IMG/VR virus record: IMGVR_UViG_3300048687_000070
Span: 24,185 to 88,184 of that record
Source: a virus
Reading direction: 5' to 3' (one strand)
Length of the DNA: 64,000 nucleotides
A program made the position numbers and the translations under genes. Numbering within the stretch: position 1 is the first letter of the stretch; each line of letters opens with the position of its first letter. The notes under the pieces are model-generated. The model ran no database searches, was not told where the DNA came from, and saw only the letters and a program-made list of their open reading frames with translations. Positions 46,861 through 56,549 of this stretch are shown here, in pieces.

Positions 46861-47952
46861 TTGTACCCCGTCTCCGACCGGTTCCTCGCCCGCCTCGCAG
46901 AGAGCCACACGCCGGTGACGCGCGTGCAGCTGTTCCTGACGGACGGCCGCGTCGTCGACCTCGACCACACGGGCGGCTCCGTGTCCGTGGACCGGTCGCA
47001 GGCCATCCGCCGCACCTGCTCGATCACCTGCCCCGACCCGTCGCTGATCCCGCGCACTGCTACCGACAAGCTCGCCGTCTACGGATCACGGCTGCGTGTC
47101 GCCCGCGGTGTCGAGTACGGCGACGGCACGCAGGAGCTCGTGCCGCTCGGCGTGTTCCGCCTCGACAGCGTCGACGGCGACGTCAGCGACGGACCCGTCA
47201 CCCTCGCAGGCAAAGCCCTCGAAGCGGCGGTCGCGGACGACAAATTCACCGAGCCGTACACGGCGACGGGCACGGTCGTCGGCGCCGTGACCGCGCTTAT
47301 CGAGCGGACTCTCCCGGACGCCGACGTCCTCTCCACCATCGTCGACGTCCCCATCGGCTCCCGCGCGTTCGACGTCGAGGCTGACCCGTGGGCGGGCGCG
47401 CAGGAGATCGCCGCCACCGCAGGCGCCGAGGTCTACACGAACGCCGACGGGGTTTTCGTCATCGCCACCCTCCCGGACCTGCTGACGGCGGATCCGGTGT
47501 GGGCGGTCGAGGCGACCGAGGGCGGCGTCTACATCTCCGGCAACCGGGCCATGACCAGCGACAACGTGTATAACGGGGTGCTCGCGCGCGGGGAGAACAC
47601 GGCGGACGACGCTCCGGCGGTGAGTGCGCTCATCGTCGACGCCGACACCGGATCACCGACCTACTGGGGCGGACCGTATGGCAGGCGACCGAAGTTCATC
47701 TCCTCGTCGACACTGACCACGGTCAACGCGTGCGCGCAGGCCGCCGCCCTGGAGCTCGCGAAGGCGCGGGCGCCGAACGCCTCGGGGGACATCAGCAGTC
47801 TGCCGAACCCCGCATTGGAGCCCGGCGACGTGCTGCGGGTCGCGCACCCGGACGACACCCGCGAACTCCACCAGGTCGCGAGCCTCTCCGTCCCGCTCGA
47901 CGAAGGCGGCGACTTCCCGATCACGACGATCAGCGCGAAGGAGGACGCGTGA
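46861..47952 (+). CDS. Minor tail protein (DUF5047-like baseplate hub)
   Basis: GGSVSVD...RRTC, VPLGVF, VYNGV, PNPALEPGDV. Confidence 0.8.
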   Translation: MYPVSDRFLARLAESHTPVTRVQLFLTDGRVVDLDHTGGSVSVDRSQAIRRTCSITCPDPSLIPRTATDKLAVYGSRLRVARGVEYGDGTQELVPLGVFRLDSVDGDVSDGPVTLAGKALEAAVADDKFTEPYTATGTVVGAVTALIERTLPDADVLSTIVDVPIGSRAFDVEADPWAGAQEIAATAGAEVYTNADGVFVIATLPDLLTADPVWAVEATEGGVYISGNRAMTSDNVYNGVLARGENTADDAPAVSALIVDADTGSPTYWGGPYGRRPKFISSSTLTTVNACAQAAALELAKARAPNASGDISSLPNPALEPGDVLRVAHPDDTRELHQVASLSVPLDEGGDFPITTISAKEDA

Positions 47953-48608
47953 AGAGTGCCCACGCCAGCACCCGCGACCTCGCCGCAGCACTTAAGGCGA
48001 GCGCCCAACGGACGGGCGAGCAGGCGCCGTCGGTGCGGGGAGCGGACTGGCGCACCGCCACCGTCACCGCCGTCGACGCCGGAACCATCACCGCGGACGG
48101 CATCACTGCCCGCTGCATGGAGACCTACCAGCCGCTCGTCGGCGACACCGCCGTCATCTCCCAGTCCAGCAACGGGAACTGGATCGCATTCGGGCGACTG
48201 TCCTCCGGCAATCCGGGATGGGTGCAGCCGTCGCTCGGCACCGGCTACACGCAGGGCAACACCACGTCGACCGGCAACCTGAACGGGCCGATCCGCTACC
48301 GCCGCATCCTCGTACAGGGCACCTGGTTCCTGGAATGGGACGGCGGCGCCAACCGGACCTCGGGCGCCCAGACCGACAACATCCTGCTCGCCGCACTCGG
48401 CACCGCCAACAGGCCCGCCGCCCGCGCCTCGTTCGTCACCGCCCGCAACGCGACCGCCATCACCGGAGTCGCCGCGAGCACGTCCGTCTACCACTCCCTC
48501 AAGGTCGACTTTCAGCAGGACGGCACCGTGTCCCTGGTCACCGCCACAGCAGGCGACCAGGAAGCCACCTGGTTCTCCCTTAAGGGAATCCGCTACCCCC
48601 TCAGCTAG
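47949..48608 (+). CDS. Minor tail protein
   Basis: ADWRTATVTAV..Y.P.VGD. Confidence 0.75.
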   Translation: MKSAHASTRDLAAALKASAQRTGEQAPSVRGADWRTATVTAVDAGTITADGITARCMETYQPLVGDTAVISQSSNGNWIAFGRLSSGNPGWVQPSLGTGYTQGNTTSTGNLNGPIRYRRILVQGTWFLEWDGGANRTSGAQTDNILLAALGTANRPAARASFVTARNATAITGVAASTSVYHSLKVDFQQDGTVSLVTATAGDQEATWFSLKGIRYPLS

Positions 48609-48616
48609 GAGGCCCC

Positions 48617-49252
48617 GTGCCCACCACGGACAGCTACGGGCAGGGCATCAGCCTGGCCTCGCTCACCGACGCCCCCGACATGCCGAAGGCGATCTCGGAT
48701 GTTGCAGCGGGCGTGATCCCGCGCGGCGTCATGCGGTTCGCCTCCGCGTCGGCGCGCGGCGCCACCCTCACCTCACCGGCCGCCGGAATGGTCGCCTGGC
48801 TACAGGACTCCCGCTATCTGACCCTGTACGACGGCACCGCGTGGGTGGTCATCTCCGCAGGCACGCAGGCATGGACCGCGGTCAGCCTCGCCAGCGGGTT
48901 CTCGAACACCGACAACAACAACCAGGGCAACCTGATGTACCGCGTGGTCAACCTCTTCGGCGAGCCCACGTTGATGTTCAAGGGGGGCCTGCACGTCGCC
49001 TACTCGGGCTCGCCGTCGGTCATCGCGAACAGCGGGTTCGTCACGTCGAGCGCACTGCCGGCCAGCGCCCGCCCTACTGCTCTGCGCACGCTGACGGGGG
49101 CCTGCTCGACCGTCACCTCAGACGTCCTCTCCGTGAAGATCGACGTCAACACGGACGGCCGTATCCAGATCGTCGGCACCACCACGTCCACGGCAAGCCC
49201 GAAGATCCAACCGCCGTGGGTGTCCTTCAACGGGATCTTCTGCAGCCTCTGA
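48617..49252 (+). CDS. Minor tail/fibre protein
   Basis: RFASASARGA..GMVAWLQD..YDGTAW. Confidence 0.75.
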   Translation: MPTTDSYGQGISLASLTDAPDMPKAISDVAAGVIPRGVMRFASASARGATLTSPAAGMVAWLQDSRYLTLYDGTAWVVISAGTQAWTAVSLASGFSNTDNNNQGNLMYRVVNLFGEPTLMFKGGLHVAYSGSPSVIANSGFVTSSALPASARPTALRTLTGACSTVTSDVLSVKIDVNTDGRIQIVGTTTSTASPKIQPPWVSFNGIFCSL

Positions 49253-49262
49253 GGAGCGCGTC

Positions 49263-49694
49263 ATGGCCACCGTCTGCAAGCTGTACCGCGGCGAGCAGCC
49301 GCAGCTCATCCCGCCCAACGAGTGGACGCTCGTCACCTACGAGTCCGTGCTCAGCAACGACCGCAAGATGGCCCGCGACCTGTCTCTGATCATGCCGCCG
49401 CTCGACGGGGATTTCATCTGGGCGAGGAACCACAGGTGGACCGCGATCGACATCCCCGACGGCGACCTGCGGCCACGGCAGTTCATGTCGCGGTTCATCC
49501 GTGATCCGTTCGGCGTCCGTGACGACACCGGAGCCGACGACCGGGTCGCCACACCCGGCCGCAGCTGGCAGACCGTGGCCTGGCCATTCGCCGGCCACGC
49601 CAATCAGCCGGTCGGCGTCGAGGTCTGGCACGACCACCACGAGGCGTGGGCCCTCGAACATGCCCAATTCGTCGGCACCACCAGCGACTACTGA
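49263..49694 (+). CDS. Hypothetical protein
   Basis: GAGGAG RBS. Confidence 0.7.
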   Translation: MATVCKLYRGEQPQLIPPNEWTLVTYESVLSNDRKMARDLSLIMPPLDGDFIWARNHRWTAIDIPDGDLRPRQFMSRFIRDPFGVRDDTGADDRVATPGRSWQTVAWPFAGHANQPVGVEVWHDHHEAWALEHAQFVGTTSDY

Positions 49695-49704
49695 AGAAGG
49701 CCGC

Positions 49705-50547
49705 ATGACCCGCACCGGACCGCAGAAGTATCCCGGGGCCAGCACCACCGCGTGGTATGGCTCCCGATATCCCGGCTCCGCGATGGAGGCCAACGTCATC
49801 GTGTGGCACTCGACTGAGGGGACCGGGCTCCCGACGTACTCCGGGGGCGCCGAGGCGCCCAACTTCACTGCCGCGCCCGACTTCAAGAACAAGCGGCTCA
49901 AGTGGTTCCAGCACTTCGACTTCGACATCTCCTCCCGCGCCCTCGTCAACAAGAGCGGCGGCGCCGAGACGAACACGCTCAACGTCTGTCAGGTCGAGAT
50001 CGTCGGCACCTGCGACCCGTCCACCCACAAGAAGTGGGGCAGTACCCCGCACCTGTACACGCCGGAACTCCCCGACTGGGCGATCCGCGACCTCGCGGCT
50101 TTCGCGAAGTGGGCCAACGCCAACCACGGTGTCCCGCTCACCAGCGGCGTCACGTTCAAGGCGTACCCGTCCAGCTACGGCAACAGCTCGGTACGCATGA
50201 GCGCAGCCCGATGGGACGCGTTCACCGGCCACTGCGGACACCAGCATGTCCCCGAGAACGACCACGGGGACCCTGGCGCGCTCCCGATGGCCGCCATCCT
50301 CGCCGCCGCCAAGGGCGGCACCACTCCATCGACCAGCGGAGACCTCGACATGACCCCCGAGCAGGTACACGACGCCGTGTGGGGACGCGACGCCATCCCG
50401 TCCCCGACCACCGCCTCCACCCACACCACCAACCCGACCTGGAAGGCCGAGAGCTACCTACCGTCCTTGTACGACCAGCTCGCCGCCCTCACCGCCAAGG
50501 TCGACGCCCTCACCACGCAGGTCGCCGAACTGAAGAAGGAGGCCTGA
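49705..50547 (+). CDS. Endolysin, N-acetylmuramoyl-L-alanine amidase type
   Basis: VWHSTE, QVEIVG, GHQHVPENDHGDPG. Confidence 0.85.
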   Translation: MTRTGPQKYPGASTTAWYGSRYPGSAMEANVIVWHSTEGTGLPTYSGGAEAPNFTAAPDFKNKRLKWFQHFDFDISSRALVNKSGGAETNTLNVCQVEIVGTCDPSTHKKWGSTPHLYTPELPDWAIRDLAAFAKWANANHGVPLTSGVTFKAYPSSYGNSSVRMSAARWDAFTGHCGHQHVPENDHGDPGALPMAAILAAAKGGTTPSTSGDLDMTPEQVHDAVWGRDAIPSPTTASTHTTNPTWKAESYLPSLYDQLAALTAKVDALTTQVAELKKEA

Positions 50548-50549
50548 CG

Positions 50550-50915
50550 ATGAAGGTCTTCGGGAGAGAACCGGCCCTGATCCTCAACACGCTCTCCGCC
50601 GCCCTCGGCTTGGTCGTCACTTTCAACGTCGGGCTCACCGAGAGTCAGGCCGGATGGATCGTCGCCGGCGTGTCCGCGATCCTCGGCGTGGTCGCCGCGC
50701 TCATGACGCGCCCCATCGCCGTGCAGGCGTTCACGACGCTGGTCGCCACGGCCGCGTCCGCCGTCGCGGCGTTCGGCTACGAGGTGCAGCCCACGACGAC
50801 CGCAGCCATCAACGGCGCGATCCTCGCGATCCTCATGTTCATCACCCGCGGCCAGGTCACCCCGTCCTCGCCGTCGGCACCCGCTGCGGCCAACGGTCCG
50901 ACCTCGGTGGTCTAG
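50550..50915 (+). CDS. Holin
   Basis: FGREPA, several TM helices, RGQVTP; follows the endolysin. Confidence 0.8.
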   Translation: MKVFGREPALILNTLSAALGLVVTFNVGLTESQAGWIVAGVSAILGVVAALMTRPIAVQAFTTLVATAASAVAAFGYEVQPTTTAAINGAILAILMFITRGQVTPSSPSAPAAANGPTSVV

Positions 50916-51358
50916 TGGGATGCCGTGTGGTCCGGCGGCTGCGTAGAAGGCTGGGCCGCCGCGGCACGTTCCTGTTGATCGTCGGCACCGGCAAAACGTG
51001 CTGGGGCCTGTCCTTCCTCGTTGACCCGCCCGACGACCACGGCCTCCAGTTGCTCACCCGGGTCTGCGATCTGCGGCACTGGGCATGGCTATGGATCGGC
51101 TGCGGCATCATCACCGCAGCGTCCGCGTTCCTGCGCGTCGGCCGCGACCGGCTCGGGTTCGTTGCAGCACTGCCACCCCCACTCGTGTGGGCCACCGCCT
51201 ACACGGCCGCCGCCATCGGCGGCGACTACTCCCGCGGCGCCTACGTCGCGATCTGGTACCTCACCTCCCATGTGGGGGTCATCATGTGGGCGGCGACGGT
51301 GCCCGAGCATTCGGTCCCCCACGCGCCGAGACCGGCCCGGAAAGGCAAGGCGCCGTGA
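50915..51358 (+). CDS. Lysis-cassette membrane protein
   Basis: LGRRGTFLL plus ~4 TM segments. Confidence 0.7.
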   Translation: MGCRVVRRLRRRLGRRGTFLLIVGTGKTCWGLSFLVDPPDDHGLQLLTRVCDLRHWAWLWIGCGIITAASAFLRVGRDRLGFVAALPPPLVWATAYTAAAIGGDYSRGAYVAIWYLTSHVGVIMWAATVPEHSVPHAPRPARKGKAP

Positions 51359-51714
51359 CGCTATGGGCTGGGCTGGTCGCCGCGTTCGGAACCATCGGCA
51401 TGATCGTGGCAGGAGTGTTCGCCGCGCGCGCCACCACACGGGCAGCATCCGCGACCGCCGAAGCGACGCAGGCTGCGGCGCGCGTACAGGCCGAGCCGAA
51501 CCAGCGGGCCGCGGACCTCCAGGCGTTCCAAGCGATCCGCGACGACATGCAGGAAGAGATCAGCGAAATGCGCGCCGAGACGCGCTCCCTCAAATCGTTG
51601 GTGCGCGCGTTCGCCTGGTACGTGGGGGAGCTCACCACGCAGATGCGCGGCCACGGCATCGAACCGCCGGCGCCACCGAACCGCATCGACGAGTACAACC
51701 GCACCGGAGTCTGA
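51355..51714 (+). CDS. TM plus coiled-coil lysis-cassette protein
   Basis: N-terminal TM, heptad region, GIEPPAPP. Confidence 0.7.
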   Translation: MTLWAGLVAAFGTIGMIVAGVFAARATTRAASATAEATQAAARVQAEPNQRAADLQAFQAIRDDMQEEISEMRAETRSLKSLVRAFAWYVGELTTQMRGHGIEPPAPPNRIDEYNRTGV

Positions 51715-51716
51715 CC

Positions 51717-51893
51717 ATGCCCGACGCTCAGCCGATCTTCCGGCCGCCTGACGACAGCGCCGCCGACATCGCCTCGCTCGTCCGCCTCGGCCTCGCCGAA
51801 CCCCAGCCCGTACCCGAACCGCCCTCGACGAGCCCGTTCGTCGAACCGACATACCCGGACCCCGTCGACCAGCCGGACGACGAACCCGCATGA
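51717..51893 (+). CDS. Small Pro-rich protein
   Basis: GGAG RBS. Confidence 0.55.
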   Translation: MPDAQPIFRPPDDSAADIASLVRLGLAEPQPVPEPPSTSPFVEPTYPDPVDQPDDEPA

Positions 51894-51897
51894 CAAC

Positions 51898-51932
51898 GCC
51901 CCGCCCTCCTGCCTCGGCAGGGGAGCGGGGCG
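51898..51932. terminator. Bidirectional terminator at end of late operon
   Basis: GCCCCGCCCTCCTGCC / GGCAGGGGAGCGGGGC between convergent genes. Confidence 0.65.
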
Positions 51933-51942
51933 CATCGTCGTG

Positions 51943-52305
51943 TCAGCGCTTGCCGAGCCACTTTCGGACGGCCATCCGATCGACACCGGCCTGCTGTGCG
52001 AACCCGGCTTCGGTGGCGTCGCCGTTGTTGATGCGGGTGACGGCGATCTGGCGAAGGGCGACGAGGGCCTTGCGCTCGGCAACGCGTGCCGCGGTGCGCT
52101 CGCCGGCGAGTTCGGCTACGAGGTCTTCCGGGGCCTCAACCTTGAGCCGGTAGGCGGCGGTGAGGGCGGCCTCTCGGTCGTCGGCGTCGTCCTGGCCGGG
52201 GTACTGCTCCTCGATCTCGCCAGCGGTGTGCAGGAGTTCATCGATCTGGTCGTCGGTGAGCTCGTGGTCGTCGCCGAGCCAGGCTTCGAGTTCGTAGCGC
52301 TGCAT
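51943..52305 (-). CDS. HTH protein
   Basis: TEAGFAQQAGVDRMAVRKWLGK. Confidence 0.75.
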   Translation of the reverse strand: MQRYELEAWLGDDHELTDDQIDELLHTAGEIEEQYPGQDDADDREAALTAAYRLKVEAPEDLVAELAGERTAARVAERKALVALRQIAVTRINNGDATEAGFAQQAGVDRMAVRKWLGKR

Positions 52306-52338
52306 GGTGGCCCCCTCTTGGAGCGCCCCTCGCTCCAT

Positions 52339-52380
52339 CTGTAGACTACTCTACAGGTGAGGTGTAGTCCTGTCTACAGG
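52339..52380. promoter_or_regulatory. Paired inverted-repeat operators upstream of the HTH gene
   Basis: CTGTAGACTACTCTACAG and TGTAGTCCTGTCTACA. Confidence 0.55.
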
Positions 52381-52485
52381 CTTGTGTGTGCTCAAGCCCC
52401 AACCCGGCGGGGCGAGTCGGGGCGTGGAACTCTCGGTAACCCACACGTACCGCCGACTCGGAAGCCCTGGCGATCAATCAACTCC

Positions 52486-52513
52486 ATGGTTGATAATGAC
52501 AGTTATCCAATAT
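52486..52513. other. dif/Xer-like 28-bp recombination site
   Basis: ATGGTTGATAA-TGACAG-TTATCCAATAT (11-6-11; ATAA/TTAT inner ends), upstream of a Xer-like recombinase. Confidence 0.6.
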
Positions 52514-52537
52514 CGGCTGCAGTGAAGGAGAGATCGC

Positions 52538-52885
52538 GTGAGCGAGTTCACGGACGACACCCTTGGCCGCTACCTAGACCAGCAGGGCGGGATGCGGCGG
52601 GCGCTTCTCGAAGACCCGGTACAGCACGCGCAGACCGAACAGATGCGGGCCCTACTCGACGTTGCCGAGCGAGCCATGGCTACGGAAGGGGTATCCGAGG
52701 ATGCTCGACGCAGGGTCGTGAACCGGATCGTCTGGGGTGAGCCCGAGGGGCGCGTGGACGTGTACGAGGAGAGGCGCAGGCAGGCAATGGCGGTATCCGG
52801 ATCTCTGCAGCCGTCCGCCGAGCAGTTGGCGGCCCTCCTCGTGGACGGCGCGGGGCCTGTGGCCCCCGGCGAGGACTCCGCATGA
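52538..52885 (+). CDS. Hypothetical protein coupled to the recombinase
   Basis: AAGGAG RBS; ATGA overlap. Confidence 0.7.
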   Translation: MSEFTDDTLGRYLDQQGGMRRALLEDPVQHAQTEQMRALLDVAERAMATEGVSEDARRRVVNRIVWGEPEGRVDVYEERRRQAMAVSGSLQPSAEQLAALLVDGAGPVAPGEDSA

Positions 52886-53919
52886 CCGCCCTCGTCCCGC
52901 GCCCGTCGTCGGAGCTGTCGACCGACCGGCACGACCCCCGCGACGACTGGCCCGACGAAGCCCGCGCCCTCGCCGACCACCTCACAGGCATCTACGGCGA
53001 CCGCGACCCGCTGCCCACCCTCGCAGGAGGATGGATCGCCCGCCAGAAGAGCCGCCACACGCGGCGGGCCTACGTCCGGACGTTCAAGTCGTGGGAGGAG
53101 TACGCGCGCTCCACCGGCATCCACCCGCTCCAAGCGAAGCTGCCACTCGCCGACGCCTACGCCAAGCACCTCGCCAAGACGCCGACGAGGAACGGCAAGC
53201 CGCCCGCCGAGACCACCCAGGCCCAGGCCCTCGCCGCCGCCGGGAGCTTCTACACCTACGCCGCCCGCCTCCAGGCCGTCGACAGTGACCCGTTCGTCGC
53301 CGTCAACCGGCCCTACGTCGACCCCGACTACTCGCCCACCGAAGGCATGACCGACGCCGAGACGATGCGGCTCATCGAAACCGCACGCGACTGGGCGCCC
53401 CGCTCCTACGCGCTCGTCATGCTCCTCTACCTCACCGGCGCCCGCGTCGACGAACTCCTGTCCCTGAACGCCGACCAACTCGGCTACGACCGAGGCCACC
53501 GCACACTGCCCCTCACACAGAAGGGCGGGAAGAAGCGGCCCGCGCCCGTGCCGCCGCTGGCGCTCGACGCGCTACTCGGCTACCTCGGCGCGCGCGCCGA
53601 CGGCCCCCTGTTCGTCACCGAGTCCGGCCGTCGCTGGACGCAGCCCGAAGTGTGGAAGCACCTCCGCGTCCTCGCCCGCCGCGCAGGCATCCCCCAAGCC
53701 GCGTCGATCAAGCCCCACACCTTGAGGCATCAGTTCATCACTGACAACCTCGCCAACGGGGTACCGCTCCAAGACGTGCAGGACGCGGTGTCGCACTCCG
53801 ATCCGCGCACCACGCAGCGATACAACCGGCGGCGACGGCAGCTCGACAACCACCCCGCATACCAACTGGCGGCCAAGCTTGGTGAGCGGCTCGAACGCGA
53901 AGAAGGAGCGCCTGCATGA
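52882..53919 (+). CDS. XerC/D-like tyrosine recombinase
   Basis: TGARVDE, KGGK, PHTLRH, HSDPRTTQRY; no arm-binding N-terminal domain evident. Confidence 0.9.
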   Translation: MTALVPRPSSELSTDRHDPRDDWPDEARALADHLTGIYGDRDPLPTLAGGWIARQKSRHTRRAYVRTFKSWEEYARSTGIHPLQAKLPLADAYAKHLAKTPTRNGKPPAETTQAQALAAAGSFYTYAARLQAVDSDPFVAVNRPYVDPDYSPTEGMTDAETMRLIETARDWAPRSYALVMLLYLTGARVDELLSLNADQLGYDRGHRTLPLTQKGGKKRPAPVPPLALDALLGYLGARADGPLFVTESGRRWTQPEVWKHLRVLARRAGIPQAASIKPHTLRHQFITDNLANGVPLQDVQDAVSHSDPRTTQRYNRRRRQLDNHPAYQLAAKLGERLEREEGAPA

Positions 53920-54233
53920 AGGCAGAGATCCGCCCCACAGGGGACCCGAAGCGCTTCACGATCTACGAGGACGACGAGTGGATTGGGGAGATTGTCAAGG
54001 ATGAGGACATCTGGAATGGCGTCGTACAGAGCGACGATTTCCTCTGGCTCGTCGAGGTCTGGAGCCAGATGGGCACCGGGAAGAAGTGGGCCGAGAGCTG
54101 CGAGACCTGGGAAGAAACCGAGGAGTTCGTGCGTGAGGCCCATCAGGCGATGGTGGGCGAGCGCCGTGAACTGTCCAAGGGCTCGCGTCCGCCGACCATC
54201 AGTACGCCGATGGGTGGCCAGCGACGCAGGTGA
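53916..54233 (+). CDS. Hypothetical acidic protein
   Basis: AAGGAG RBS; ATGA overlap. Confidence 0.65.
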   Translation: MKAEIRPTGDPKRFTIYEDDEWIGEIVKDEDIWNGVVQSDDFLWLVEVWSQMGTGKKWAESCETWEETEEFVREAHQAMVGERRELSKGSRPPTISTPMGGQRRR

Positions 54234-54234
54234 C

Positions 54235-54447
54235 TCACGCCGCGTCGTAGTGGTGCGCCCGCCCGCCCCGCCACTCCACCCAGGCGGGATCGTCGAGGAG
54301 CGTCTCGGCGTCGGGGAGCCCGGCCCGCCGCAGGAACTCGATCGCGTCGTGGTCGCTGTGGGCGAGGCCGAGGATCTGGTCGTGTGCGGTGACCCGCCGG
54401 CCGCCCGTGGGCGACGGCGGATGCACGACGATCGGCGCCCGGTCCAT
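54235..54447 (-). CDS. Small hypothetical protein
   Basis: IVVHPPSPTGGRRVT..ILGLAHS..EFLRRAGL..VEWRGG, a motif common in Streptomyces prophage ends. Confidence 0.7.
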   Translation of the reverse strand: MDRAPIVVHPPSPTGGRRVTAHDQILGLAHSDHDAIEFLRRAGLPDAETLLDDPAWVEWRGGRAHHYDAA

Positions 54448-54587
54448 ACGTCCAGAGTGCGACGGGCGTGGACGTCCGGCACGCCGGGACTGTCAGTGGC
54501 CGCCGATACGCTGGTGTCATTCCATTCGCGCTGCGGACGCGGTGGCTGCTCGAAGCGCCCTGTCGACGTTATGCACCGGCGGGGCGC

Positions 54588-54803
54588 TCAGCCGTAGTAC
54601 GTGTCCGTGTAGCGTCCGTTGTCGCAGCCCTGATCGCGGTCCGGGCCGCCGCCGTGAGTGATGACGAACGCGTAGCCCGCGCCCATCGAACACCCCTTGT
54701 CCGTCCAGCCGTCGGCCACCATCGTCCACACCACGAACGCGATGATCGCCAGCACGATCCACTTGTTGTTCCGGATCAACCACTTACGCTGCGCCTCAGC
54801 CAT
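54588..54803 (-). CDS. Small membrane protein
   Basis: WIVLAIIAFVVW TM segment. Confidence 0.55.
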   Translation of the reverse strand: MAEAQRKWLIRNNKWIVLAIIAFVVWTMVADGWTDKGCSMGAGYAFVITHGGGPDRDQGCDNGRYTDTYYG

Positions 54804-54877
54804 GCGGCACATCCTCACCGCCCACACGCGCCGCACAGCCTCACGTGACGACATCGTGATGGGGAAGCAGCGATTCC

Positions 54878-55090
54878 CTACGCCGCGTCGGCTTCCGGCT
54901 CCGGGTGGCGGACGTGCCGCTTGAGCTGCATCTCGACGGCGAGCCGGGTCTCGTCGACGTCCTCGCGGGCGACGTAGGCGGCGACGGCCTCGTGGACCGC
55001 GAGCGCGGTCTCCACGGTCAGCTCGCCGGCCTGGATCTCCGTCCAGGCGGAACGTTCCAGCTCAATCAGCTCAGTGGGGAGATCACTCAC
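54878..55090 (-). CDS. Hypothetical protein
   Basis: LIELERSAW...RLAVEMQLKRHVRH. Confidence 0.65.
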   Translation of the reverse strand: MSDLPTELIELERSAWTEIQAGELTVETALAVHEAVAAYVAREDVDETRLAVEMQLKRHVRHPEPEADAA

Positions 55091-55099
55091 GGGCGGATC

Positions 55100-55279
55100 T
55101 TACGCCGCCTCCACGATCTCTCCACGCACGGCCGCGGACCATTCGACGACGAGGATCTCGTAGCGGGTGCGGGTCTCCCCGTACAGCCAGCCGCCGCACG
55201 CCTCGACGAGTTCGCGGATCTCCGCGTTCACCGCAGCGGCAGGCCGCGGCGAGCCCGCAGGCGGGGGAGTGGGGGACAT
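55100..55279 (-). CDS. Small hypothetical protein
   Basis: RPAAAVNAEIREL..RYEILVVEWSAA. Confidence 0.6.
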   Translation of the reverse strand: MSPTPPPAGSPRPAAAVNAEIRELVEACGGWLYGETRTRYEILVVEWSAAVRGEIVEAA

Positions 55280-55344
55280 GTGGAGAACGGTAGTCCGCTC
55301 CACTGACAATGATCCAGGGCGGGCGAGAAGACGGCATATACCGA

Positions 55345-55578
55345 TCACCGGGCGACGACGAAGATCCCCATGCCGTCCACGGTTTCGACGAGGCCTTCGT
55401 CCTTGAGTACCTGGGTGGCCTTGCGGAGGGTGTCGCGGGCGACGCCGTATTCCTGTTCCATCTCCACCATCGACGGGATGCGCCGGCCGGGGGGAATCGT
55501 GCCGTCCTCGATTTTCCGGCGCAGGTCGTTGGCGATCTGGCGGTACGGGGGAACGGGCCCCTCCCTGTCGATGATCAT
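55345..55578 (-). CDS. Standalone GntR wHTH regulator
   Basis: PPYRQIA..IPS..EYGVARDTLRKA..L..EGLV...GMGIFV. Confidence 0.85.
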   Translation of the reverse strand: MIIDREGPVPPYRQIANDLRRKIEDGTIPPGRRIPSMVEMEQEYGVARDTLRKATQVLKDEGLVETVDGMGIFVVAR

Positions 55579-55728
55579 GGTAGCGGACGCTAGACCACCG
55601 CCCCCACCCTGCCATAGCTACCCCCGGCCCTAGCAGGGGGTAGTACGGTTCTGTCACCACGCAAGAAACCCCCGCATCCGAGGGCACGGACCGGGGGCAG
55701 GCCGACGACGACAAACCGGAGCGTCGAC

Positions 55729-55932
55729 ATGAACCAGCCTAGCCAGTCCGCACCGCGCGTCGAGATCGCCTACATCTGCCACATCCGCAAACCCGACGGG
55801 ACGATCCGCTGCAACCGGCCCCAGGGGCACCAGGGCAGCCACGAGAACTACTACGTCGGAGAGACGGACGCCTCCGGGATCCGCCCCGTCGTCTCCTGGC
55901 CGCGCCGCCTCGGCGAGACGCAGGCCGACTGA
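55729..55932 (+). CDS. Small Cys/His protein
   Basis: GGAG RBS; CNRPQGHQGSH. Confidence 0.55.
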   Translation: MNQPSQSAPRVEIAYICHIRKPDGTIRCNRPQGHQGSHENYYVGETDASGIRPVVSWPRRLGETQAD

Positions 55933-56131
55933 AACGCCCGCCCGCCATCGACGGCGGACCCCCCCGTGGGGTCTCGGTGGCGGGCGGGTTCACCCCTGAG
56001 CGTGACCAGGTGTCACACACGGGTGTGAACGGAATGCGGCAACTCTTGCGCTATACACGCTTACCGCATATGACAATTGACGCGAGAGTAAGTAACGCCG
56101 GGCCCGGACCCTGCTCGGTGGCTTGTGTCCG

Positions 56132-56371
56132 CTAGCGGAGGAGGTCGCTGACGTGCATCCGCAGCGCGTGGGCAATGAGGAGCAGGTCCGAGTACGTCGG
56201 GTCGCGCACCGCATTTTCGTAGCGCTGGATGCTGCGCCTCTCCATGCCGGCCAGGTTGCCGAGTTCCTCCTGTGACAGATCGGCGGCGCGACGGAAATCC
56301 GCGATGCGCTTGCCGAGCGCGACACGACGGGTGAGTACCCAGTCGGGTCGGGGAGTTCGGCGGGCGGGCAC
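56132..56371 (-). CDS. XRE regulator
   Basis: LSQEELGNLAGMERRSIQRYE. Confidence 0.8.
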   Translation of the reverse strand: MPARRTPRPDWVLTRRVALGKRIADFRRAADLSQEELGNLAGMERRSIQRYENAVRDPTYSDLLLIAHALRMHVSDLLR

Positions 56372-56533
56372 TCGACAAACCCAATGACTGAAACGATCAT
56401 GTGTCAGTACCCAAGTAGTCGCTTTTCGTGATCTTGGCCGACTGTGGCCGGTCGTGGCGGAAAACGTGAAGAGGCGTCCGCCCCCTTGCGGCATATGCCG
56501 AAACGCCGCAGGGGTGGATCTGCTCTGATCTAA

Positions 56534-56549
56534 TCGAACGCATGTTCAC
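56534..56549. promoter_or_regulatory. LexA (actinobacterial SOS) box-like site
   Basis: TCGAAC-GCAT-GTTCAC versus consensus TCGAAC-N4-GTTCGA; a further TCGAAC half-site follows. Confidence 0.55.

Noticed and set aside
52882-53919. Tail-fibre DNA invertase system
   Set aside because: No inverted repeat pair or inverted alternative fibre cassette was seen near the tail genes.
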